Shown here piece by piece: positions 54,872 to 64,000 of a stretch of DNA of 64,000 nucleotides. Each line of letters begins with the position of its first letter. The stretch's first letter is position 1. Source of the stretch: Camelus ferus (taxonomy: Eukaryota); the NCBI RefSeq assembly GCF_009834535.1, contig NC_045697.1, positions 97,032,001 through 97,096,000 on the forward strand, in the 5' to 3' direction. Below the pieces are notes generated by a model that had not been told where the DNA came from, ran no database searches, and saw only the letters and a program-made list of their open reading frames with translations. A program made the translations under genes and the position numbers.

Positions 54872-55171
54872 GTTAAAACAGTTTTGAATAATTGCATAGT
54901 CCTTGATTATCTACTTGTTGAACAAGGAGGTGATTATGCCATAGCAAATACTGCCTGTTGCACATGGACAAATGTCTCTGGAGAAGTAGAAATTCAAGTA
55001 TACAAGATCAGGGAACAAGTGCACTGGTTGCAATAAATTCCATCTGATTCTCCATGGTCCTTTGATTTGTTTAGTTGGTCACCCTCAGGTCTAGTATCCT
55101 GGTTCAGAACCATTATACAAACTGGATTTGTCATATTACTTTTAACTCTGCTTTCCATAACTATTTTTAAA
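54872..55171 (+). pseudogene. Gamma-type retroviral env transmembrane subunit remnant
   Basis: Translates VKTVLNNCIVLDYLLVEQGGDYAIANTACCTWTNVSGEVE...WLQ*...WFRTIIQTGFVILLLTLLSITIFK: immunosuppressive domain, decayed CX6CC and membrane anchor, with one internal stop. Confidence 0.9.
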
Positions 55172-55445
55172 TTTTATATTTGCCTGTCAAATTCTTGTAG
55201 AAACAAGGTATAATAAGGTGATGATAGCTTAATGCTTCTAGATGAACTCTAACACTTAAGAACTTATTAGTAAGATATAGACTGAGAAATGCCTGAGAGT
55301 TCTCCCTCTTATCCTTCCTTCTTACTGAGACATGACAGCCAGGAAAGGTCCTTCCTGGCACTGAGGGACAAAACCACGCAATAAGAAAAACCTGATTCTT
55401 GATCAGTGATGCTTTTGAGAAAAAAATCTTGATCAAAAGGGGAAA

Positions 55446-55878
55446 TGTGGAAATGAATATAGGAAAACTTCATTCAAATGGAGTCAGGAAGCCCTCAAGG
55501 GGCAGTTCTCATGTCTGTACTGCTGCTTACAGCTTACTATACATACCCTAGCAGAAAGAAGCTTTATATACCCCAGCAGGAAGAAGGAAGATTTTTTTCC
55601 TTGCCCAGTAACAACCCAACCAATGAGAAACTACTACAACTCAGTAAGAGGCCTCCACAGACCTGAATTCTTGCTCTCCTCCAATGAAGCTTCATTCAAA
55701 ACAGTCCTTCCAAACACCCTCCTTTCTTCTATAAAAAGAAAGCTCTTCTCCTTTGTTCTCCAGATTTGCCTATGGTTCACCATAGTTTGCATGTCTCAAA
55801 TTGCAGTTCTTTTGCTATTCCTGAAAAAACTCAATTTTGCTGGCCAAACAGCTAACCTTTATGTTTTAAAAGTTGACA
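55446..55878 (+). mobile_element. 3' LTR of the ERV1 element
   Basis: TG start directly after the PPT, CCAAT boxes (about 55620, 55681), TATAAAA at about 55730, terminal gttgaca. Confidence 0.88.
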
Positions 55879-56689
55879 ATTGCAACTGAGTTCCCTTGAG
55901 TTTGGAATAAGAAAATTAAGAGTAACGGGAGACACCTTAATCAGAGTGATGGTTGGTTATGCTAATTCTAAAAGCCAAGGTGAAATTATTTCTTTGTGTT
56001 GGTTAATATGCAAGGAAGTTGGATATTTCTGTTTTTTCTGAAATGATTACTCATTTAATCAATAAAGAAGGTTCAAAGAAGAATGTCTCACTTTGAATTT
56101 GACAGTTCTGTATAAAGCAGAGTTCTAAACAGAAGCATCTCAGCATTGGCAGTCAGAACTCCAAACAAAAAAGTGTAGAAAGATTGCTTTAAACCAGCTT
56201 TATTCCTCAAATCCTCCACTGTTATCAATGTCTTTCCACATCAAATCCATCCATCTCAATGTTATCTAAGGCTATGTTTTGAGGCATAAAAATGATTACA
56301 GAAGAATTTTTACATTTTTATGACATATTATTAAAATTCCAGGAGATTGAAAAAGTTTGGACATTTCTTGAAATTCAACATAACTTTCTTTTCTGAAACC
56401 TGACATGAAAATGTATATGTCATCACATTCTCTAGTTTTCTTACTCCAAAAGGTATTTAGTGTCAGTCTTGGAAGTCAAAATTAATAAGAGAAAGGATAG
56501 AGGAGAAAAAATCTATTGAGCACTTGTATATTTTTAATATTGCCTTAAATATTGCATATATAGCCCATATTATAATACATTCAAAAACACACAATGTTTA
56601 TGTACAATTTAAATTATAATTATATATGCATAATTTCAAATTTAATTCCCATTAATATATACTAATCTTAGCACAACTATTTTCATTTT

Positions 56690-57140
56690 AAGCATAAGGA
56701 AATTGCAATTGAGAATGACAAAACCCTACAGTTAAGATCCCAAAACTTGAGTATTCTTCATTTCAATATGAGAGAATAAAAGCTCAGAGAATTTAAGTGA
56801 CTTCTCACAAGATTGTACAGAATTTAGAAATGAAATTAGAAGTTCTCCTACCACATCAGTCTGCTTCCACAAAACAAGAAAACAGAGCTTTTTTAAAGCT
56901 AATTCTGAGTCATGCAACCTGTTGAGATTCTTGCATTATCACTCATTAATCACAAAACTCTGCAACCTAAGTGCCTTCTACTCTGTATTTTGTTAATTTG
57001 GGGAGTTTATTAGGTTTTTTTCCCAAGGATATACAGTGATATCTAGAAAGGTGAAATAAATTTACCTGAGATCAAACAGTCAAAATTTCAGGTTTAGATT
57101 TGATCTCTATTCTACCTCAACTTACTTGACTCTTTCCTCA
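56690..57140 (-). mobile_element. MIR fragments
   Basis: gagaataaaagctcagagaatttaagtgacttctcacaagat and agaaaggtgaaataaatttacctgagatcaaacag. Confidence 0.65.
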
Positions 57141-58537
57141 ACAAACAGTGGCGATATCATTCATGTAGCACTTACTACTAAATAGACATTGGTAATATGC
57201 CCAAATAACAAAATCTTAAAATTTTAGACTCACAAAGCATACATCATTAATTCATGTTGGTTGTTGATTCTACACAGGGGGCCAGACAGCCACTGACTGG
57301 GGAATTTTCTTACAGCCCTAGTAATTTTTCAGAGAAAGTAAGTTCACTGGGTGTTTTCTTTTGTTTTTTCATTTCATAAAACAAACTGGTCAATATTTTT
57401 TGAACTTACAACAGGGACCAATCAATAACTAAATCCCTTGGTAGAAAATAACATATTTTTCTTTTATAAGAAAATTCTGTTTTTATATCATATCCCAATA
57501 ATTATAAACCTATACACAAAGCAAATATAAATAAAACTAAACAACAAAACCTATTATATAATTCCTTCTCAAAGTATATCATAGAATTGGTGGTCAGTCA
57601 TCCTCATTTTCCTGTGTAGGTTAAATATTTATGTAAGAAAAACAAAGACTCATAACAACAATATAAGGCACTGCAGCACCCTGAAGTTTCACTTGTCCTA
57701 AGTATAATTATGTTCATTATTATTTTCCCATTATGGGAAATTTGTTACATGCTAATTTTTGGAAATTATATTATACATAATATTTGTAGACTAAACTATG
57801 TTGATCAAATTAGTAATAGGAATACTATACTTACCAAATACTTATGATAAATCACAGTTTATATAGTTTACAAGAAATTGCCTCGGTAATGTCACAGTTA
57901 TATTTCAGAGCATAAGTAAAAGTCCTTTTCAGTTGACTAACTGCTGATCAGGAAGTTTGAAGGTTGTTTTGTACTTCACTGGCATCCTCTAACTGAATTC
58001 TCTCTTCTACCTCCTATTAAATTTTCTCATTTTGAGTATTAATAACTTTTTATACATGAGGCCTTTCTGAACAGGTAAATAGCTTTAAGGGTGAAAGAAA
58101 CAATAGAGTTTAAGAACCCTGTCTTTCTGCTAGTTTACTATATTAGGAATCTGACTCCTCATCTCTAGAGTCATTAATTTAGCTATGCTATGAGACTTCA
58201 CCAAGCAGCAAGCATTACCAACAAATTATTCTAAAAGTCTGATTCAGGACAATGAAACTGTGTTTCAGTCTCCTATTTTCAGGATCTGTGTTTCTGCAGC
58301 TGTCTACAATTCCAAAACATCCTTTTTAAGAAGGTGATTAAGAAGACCTGTTTCTCTCAATTAAGTTTTTAAATTTAAAACTAGGAAAATAGAAGCATCT
58401 GCATATCTTGACACAGGCTTTTAAGTGTTAATTGTTAAATATTAGTCATATCACAATTTAAAATCATCATAATTATTATTTAAATGTGTTGTTCTATTTA
58501 GTGTTATAAAACTGTGAAACTGTGTATGTGTTTCTCT

Positions 58538-58563
58538 GTGTGTGTGTGTGTGTGTATGTGTGT
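58538..58563. repeat. (TG)n microsatellite
   Basis: Directly visible. Confidence 0.9.
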
Positions 58564-58954
58564 CTTGTAGGTAATAAAACTATACTATAATGTACATACT
58601 CCTTGGTATTACTCTTATGCTCAACAGGGTATTATATTTTAGGTATCCTATATGTCACTAATTTTTCTGCCACAAATTTTTGATGCCCACACAGCATTCC
58701 ATTGTATGTATCAATGACTGTGCTTGCATGAAAATCACTTGGGGAACTGCTTTAAAAATATAGTTTCTCAGCCTACTGAATGGGAGAACATATTTGCAAA
58801 TGATATGACCGACAAGGGATTAATGTCCAATATATATAAACAGCTCATACAACTCAATACCAAGAAAAAAGAACTCACAAACAACCCAACTGAAAAATGG
58901 GCAGAAGACCTGAATAAGACATATAGATGGCGAACAGGTACATGAAAAGATGTT

Positions 58955-58990
58955 TACACGATACTATAGATCAACTGTATTTCAATTTTA
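58955..58990 (+). mobile_element. Extremely truncated L1 3' tip (about 36 nt)
   Basis: tacacgatactatagatcaactgtatttcaatttt matches the L1 terminus. TSD aaaagatg(t/c)t at 58945-58954 and 58991-59000. Confidence 0.75.
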
Positions 58991-59718
58991 AAAAGATGCT
59001 CAATATTGCTAATCATCAGAGAAATGGAAATCAAATCCACAATGAGGTATCACCTCACATCAGTCAGAATGGCTACCATAAAAAAGACCACAAATAACAA
59101 ATGTTGGTAAGGATGTAGAGAAAAGCGAACCCAGGTAAACTGTTGGTGGGAATGTAAATTAGTGCAGGCACTACTGAAAGTAGTGTAAAGGTTCCTCAAA
59201 AAATTAAAAATAGAACTACTATATGACCCAGCAAGTCCACTCCTGGGATTGATATCCAAAGAAAATGAAAACACTAATTTGAAAAGATAAACCTACCCCA
59301 ATGTTCATAGCAACATTATTTATAATAGCCAAGATATGAAAGCATCCCAAGTGCCTATCAACAGAGGAAAAGATAAAGAAGATGTGACATATATTTAATG
59401 GATTATTAGTCAGCCATGAAAAAAGAATGAAATCTTGCCACTTGCAACAACACAGACAGACTTGGAAGGTATCATGCTTAGTAAACTAAGTTAAATCGAG
59501 AAAGACAAATACTGTATGTTATCACTTATATGTGGAACCTAAAAATTAAGCATTGACTGTAACAAAACAGAAACAAACTCATAGATAAAGAGAACAAGCT
59601 AGTGGTTTCCAGTGGGGAGAGAGCAGGGGGAAAAGGGCAAGATAGGGGTAGGGGATTAAGAGGTAGAAACTACTATGTATAAAATAAGCTACAAGGATAT
59701 ATTGTACAGCATGGGGAA

Positions 59719-60102
59719 TGTGAGCTGGCCTTGAGACGAGTTGAGGCTGTGGGACCCAAGGCCATGACTACAGAGCACGTTTGTAGGATGCAGTAAATAA
59801 TTGCTCCACGCATGTGTCAATTATATAAGATTTAGAACAAAGAAAATAGAAGTACGCATGTGCCAGAGATATTCTGTAAGCCTAATGAACAAAGAAACTC
59901 AGACTGCGCATTTGCTGACAGAAAAACAAGTAAAAGCAGGACAGGTGCATCATAGGCGCGCACCTCCCTGTGGCAATAAAGTGCTGTTAAACCCATGGTG
60001 TCTCCGGCTGAAGTCTGTCCAGCAGTATGGCAACTCCTCATGCATTTTTTCATTTGGGCCACTCACCTCCTAGAACTTCACATCAGCCTCCCTTGGCTGA
60101 CA
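59719..60102 (+). mobile_element. Solo LTR inserted in L1 3' UTR
   Basis: TG...CA termini, perfect 5-bp TSD gggaa (59714-59718, 60103-60107), AATAAA near 59975, several retained CpGs. Confidence 0.9.
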
Positions 60103-60721
60103 GGGAAATAGCCAATATTTTATAACAACTTTAAATGGAGTATAATCTATAAAAATATTGTATCAATATGTTGTACACCTGAAACTAACATCATATTTTA
60201 AATCAACTATACATCAATAAATGCAAAGAGAGTCAGAATCTACCATCAGAAATGCTGACTCAAATAGTTTGGGTGAAGTAGGAAAATCTGGAGCTTCATC
60301 AAGCTCCTTAATTGATTCTGATGAACAGAGCCTTGGGAACTACTAATATAATTGTACTTTGGGATGTATTTTTTAAATCAATCACTTATTTTCAGACATT
60401 TAGGCTCTTCACTTTTTCAATACTGTAAACTGTAATCTTTGTACACATGGCTGGCTGTCTTCCAGAGTTAATTCCTTCAAATAGAATTGCTAAAATGTTT
60501 ACTAGGTATTGCTAAATATTGCTACTTTTTTCCCTAATATTCAGTCTCCACCAGGTATACTCATAGTGACCAAAATAAATCTAACTGTATGTTAGTTACT
60601 TCTAAATTATATTTCAGAGAATTTTTACTAAGGATATAAGACTATATTTTCACTTTTTTTTTAGTCTGATAGTTAGCAGGGTTTCAGTTCACACAGAAAA
60701 AATAAGCATTTTAAGATGATT

Positions 60722-60950
60722 CATACTGCTTTTTTATTTTTTTATTTTTTTAACATTTTTTATTGATTTATAATCATTTTACAATGTTGTGTCAAATTCC
60801 AGTGTTCAGCACAATTTTTCAGTCATTCATGGACATATAGATAAACAAGATTATACTGTATAGCACAGGGAAATATACAGAAAATGCTATGATAACTCAC
60901 AGAGAAAAAAATGTGACAATGAGTGTGTTTATGTCCATACTGCTTTTTTA
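60722..60950 (-). mobile_element. Short young L1 3' UTR insertion with twin-priming inversion
   Basis: Perfect 15-bp TSD catactgctttttta (60722-60736, 60936-60950), T-rich tail, antisense 3' tip, then a sense-oriented upstream UTR segment. Confidence 0.93.
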
Positions 60951-61500
60951 AATTGTCTGTCTTTTCTATTATGTAAACTCTCCATGAAGGTAGGAATTTC
61001 TGATTATGTTGTTTACCGCTATATCCCCCACCACAAACAATGCCTGATACATTGTAGGTATTCAAAAATATTTGTTAAACTAATTAATGAATAATTTTTT
61101 CATGCATCCAGTTAATCATTTTAAGAAATCTGGGTCATCACTTCCTGGATTCCTCCTTCTCAAACTCTCTTCTGACCCATATTCAACAAATTTGGAAGCT
61201 CTGTTGCATTTTTCCCACACAAAAGATTTTACACTTCACACTAGTTTCACCATCTATACTTGTTTTTTTTTTTTTTTTTTTTTGAGTCTCCTAAGCATTT
61301 TGTGAGCATCTAACATCAGCTTCTACTTCCAACATACCATACTCAACAGACTAAGCTTTCTAACCTGATCTCAAAGTGCCTGCAACATCCCATTCAACTT
61401 TCATTACGTGCTACTTTCCCATCCATACACAGTGTAAATACTCACTTCAAATTTCTCATTGGAGAATTGATCATTTATCTGTCTCAAATTCACTGAACTT
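60951..61500 (+). mobile_element. L2 3' end followed by further L2 fragments
   Basis: tgtaaactctccatgaaggtagg...acaatgcctgatacattgtaggtattcaaaaatatttgtt. Confidence 0.75.
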
Positions 61501-61574
61501 TTCTTATGTAATATTCAAATTGCTATGAATTCCAGTTAGTACTATTTTTTTCATTTTAATTCTAGAATTAGTAC

Positions 61575-62247
61575 TCAACTTCAAATAGCTTCAGGTCTTA
61601 CTGTGGTTGGTTTTAGGCTTTTCTAGGGTGGCATAGAATAGGCCATTCTCAGGCATGGACCTTATTCATAGAACTCAACCTTTCTAGTATATCAAATGTT
61701 ATGCTAGATGTATGAAGAAATGTTAATGAGTTAATATGGTCTTTCCACTCTTGGCTTACTCGGACCCCAACGTTCCTAAAGCCTACTTGATCCCTAGTAT
61801 TTCTACCTTTTAACTCTATATCATATATTCTGTTGTAGGAGTTTGGTAGTCTCATGCTGTAAATATGTGACACAGCCCTCACCTAATTTCTCATAATCAA
61901 CCACGCACAGATTTTGAGAACTCCTTCCAGAACAAACACCTTTTCTCCTATGCTCAAGTCCAACTGACTTGAACTCTAATTTCTGCTTCCTCAGCTCAGT
62001 AAAAGTATCATGTTCTTCTTGGTCCTTAGCTTACTACTCTGTGGTTGGGAAATTGTCCCTATTCATAGAGCTAGAGATATCATTGGCTCACCGCATGAAT
62101 TTACATTTTGTCAGGAATAATAATCTTGCAATCCCTATATAGTCCAGTTTCTGAAAACAGTTGCTTTATTTTCTGTCCAGTTTTACAGTTACATAAAGTG
62201 GAAGAGAGAGTCTAGAACTATTACTAGGTCATAATCATAGGTGAAAT
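61575..62247 (-). mobile_element. Ancient L1 5' region remnant (L1MD/L1ME-type)
   Basis: ggtctttccactcttggct, ctgcttcctcagctcagt and tccagtttctgaaaacagttgcttta...tttctgtccagtttt. Confidence 0.65.
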
Positions 62248-63004
62248 ATTCAAAGAAATGTGTTACTATTACACATTTTTATTTAAGAACTTAACATTGT
62301 AGCTTTTAATAATCTGTCAGTCAACATTTGGTTAAAAAGGTGTGGGGGTGGAGTCTGAAGGTAATTTAATAGAAGCAAGCTGCAAATCCTTCTAAGATGC
62401 CATTTAACATTTTAAAATTATGCACATAACATCTTTAGTATCTCAATGAATTTCCTTGGTTGCGATCATAAAATTCCATAGTTAGCCAATTAATTTTTCA
62501 TATAGCTCAATGATTGAGGTAGATAATTTGCTGATGGAGCAGCATAGATCATTACAACAGCTTGTTTTTCAAATCAAGTTATCTGAAACTATCTATTGAT
62601 GACTCAATACTAGTTTCATAAATAAGATTTTCTTACTCTTTCTTGCATATTTTGCTGTTTCAGTAAATTGTTTAATTACTATGCTTGCCAAGTTTTACTG
62701 ACTAAGCTACATACTTTAGCTCTTAATTTTACATATTTTATTGCTCAATTACATATTTCAGAGGATTATCTAATGTATATTCTTGATTGTTGACTATGTC
62801 ACATACATTACCAAATATGAGGGTCAAGTTATCTATTGGATTTTGTTCATTCGTATAATTTGCAAAGTGAGCTATATATGTAACCAAAGTCTGAATTTGT
62901 GAAATAATATATCATAGAATAATATTTTGTTCATAAAATTTATTGACATAGAATAGCAATCTTCTTTCCATGCCTTTTATTTTATATTCATTTCCAAATA
63001 ATTT

Positions 63005-63165
63005 AAAATTCACAGGTTCCAGGAATTAGGACGTTATCATTTGAAGGACCACCATTCAACCAATTACAGTCTTCCTTGTGGCCCCCACCAAAGTCACATC
63101 CATTTCATATACAAAATGCATTCACCCTATCTCAATATTCCCAAAGATCTCAAATCACAAACTCT
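63005..63165 (-). mobile_element. MLT1-type LTR edge plus adjacent MaLR internal fragment
   Basis: ttcacaggttccaggaattaggac...ccattcaaccaattaca followed by caaaatgcattcacc. Confidence 0.65.
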
Positions 63166-63211
63166 AAGCTATTATACTGTATTAAGTTAAACATGTATAT
63201 TATAATCTCTA

Positions 63212-64000
63212 GATCAGAACTTCAACAAAGAGATAGAAAATATTAAAAAAAGAACTAATCAGAGCTGAAGAATACAAAAACTGAAATGAAAAATACCCTA
63301 GATGGAATCAATAGCACAACAGATGATGCAAAAAAATGGATCAGTGATCTGGAAGACAGGGTGGTATAGATCATCCAATTGGAACAAAACATTTTTTAAA
63401 AGAATTTTTTAAAATTAGAATAGTTTAATGGATCCCTGGGAAAACATCAAGTGTACTATATTCACATGAAGAAGGAGGAGGAGGAGGAGGGGGAGGAGGA
63501 GGGGGGAGGAGGGGAGAGGGAAGAGAAGGGGGAGGGGGAGAGGAAGGAGAAGAGGAAGAGGAAGAAGAAGAAGAGAGAAAGAGACAGAAAACTTACTTGA
63601 AGAAACTTCCCTAACCTGAAGAAAACAGACATCTAAATCTAAGATGCACAGAGTACCAAACAAGATGAACCCAAAGAGACTCACAAGACACATTACGATT
63701 AAATGTAAAAAGTAAAAGACAGAGAATCTTAAGTAGCAAGAGAAAAACAACTAGTATGTACAAGAGAATCCTCCGTAAGACTATCAGTGGTTTTTCAGCA
63801 GAAACTTTACAGGTCAAAACTTTAAAGGATGAAATGGGGAAAAAAATAAAAAAGAAAGAAAACAACCAAGATGTCTCTACCCAGGAAAGTTACCATTCAG
63901 AATTGAAGGAGAAATAAAGAATTTCTCAGACAAGCAAAAGGCAAAGGAGTTCATCACCACTAAAAAACATAAAGCAATGTTAAAGTGTCTTTTTAAAATG
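63212..64000 (+). mobile_element. L1 ORF1 remnant, continues beyond window
   Basis: aatcagagctgaagaataca, ggatcagtgatctggaagacagg, agagtaccaaacaagatgaacccaaagagac and ctctacccaggaaagttaccattcagaattgaagg. Confidence 0.9.
63468..63585. repeat. GA-rich polypurine expansion inside L1 ORF1
   Basis: (GGA)n/(GAA)n mixed run. It explains the Leu/Pro ORF at 63415-63750. Confidence 0.9.

Larger units (their letters stand above)
50095..55445 (+). mobile_element. ERV1 (MER4/MER34-group-like) internal region, apparently non-autonomous
   Basis: Leader-like 5' part and long AT-rich body without recognisable gag/RT. Integrase-tail remnant SALESPWKGIY*VFLT near 53669-53716, env TM remnant, PPT aaaaggggaaa at 55435-55445. 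Confidence 0.8.
58769..60220 (+). mobile_element. 5'-truncated L1 (ORF2 C-terminus + 3' UTR) carrying two secondary insertions
   Basis: [18 protein letters not shown].... The 3' UTR is similar to the 23914-25239 copy and ends aaatcaactatacatcaataaa. Confidence 0.92.
58715..60345. mobile_element. MER5A-like MITE split by an L1 (halves about 58715-58772 and 60225-60345)
   Basis: aaatcacttggggaactgctttaaaaatatag, then gctgactcaaatagtttgggtg...aagctccttaattgattctgatg...ttgggaactact. Confidence 0.7.

Noticed and set aside
57835..58380. Strong minus-strand donor (TTG|gtaagt) with acceptor near 58381
   Set aside because: The frames I read all hit stops. A non-coding exon cannot be supported from sequence alone.
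63415..63750. Leu/Pro-rich 111-aa ORF
   Set aside because: Antisense translation of a GA-rich simple repeat inside L1 ORF1.
1..64000. CRISPR arrays, tRNA/rRNA genes, CpG-island promoter, prokaryote-style gene systems
   Set aside because: None seen. The window is CpG-depleted mammalian intronic/intergenic DNA.

Overview
AT-rich mammalian genomic DNA. It is probably camelid, judged from the L1 3' UTR types and the absence of Alu/B1/Bov-tA/PRE-type SINEs; this is inference from remembered consensus sequences, not a database search. Most of the window is decayed transposable elements: nested L1s, an ERVL/LTR16 provirus remnant, an ERV1-type provirus with an env TM remnant, MaLR/MLT LTRs, L2, MIR and DNA transposons. 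Nearly all ORF-track entries are TE debris or chance. Two minus-strand exons missing from the ORF track appear to be the last two coding exons of a large gene I cannot name: 44101-43984 (118 nt) and 22754-22708 (terminal, with stop). They splice in frame to ...GTFFHKHGLNCPYDTTFHPEEILEDLQAALDAQPAGLSTDTVQCRTVIELLREL*, with an AATAAA about 400 nt past the stop. Other notable structure: diverged local copies of sequence around that 3' end, an L1 lacking ORF1 but bounded by a TSD, two twin-primed L1 insertions, a MaLR duplication/solo-LTR rearrangement and a four-level TE nest. I found no convincing new multi-gene system. Repeat subfamily names and old-repeat boundaries are approximate.
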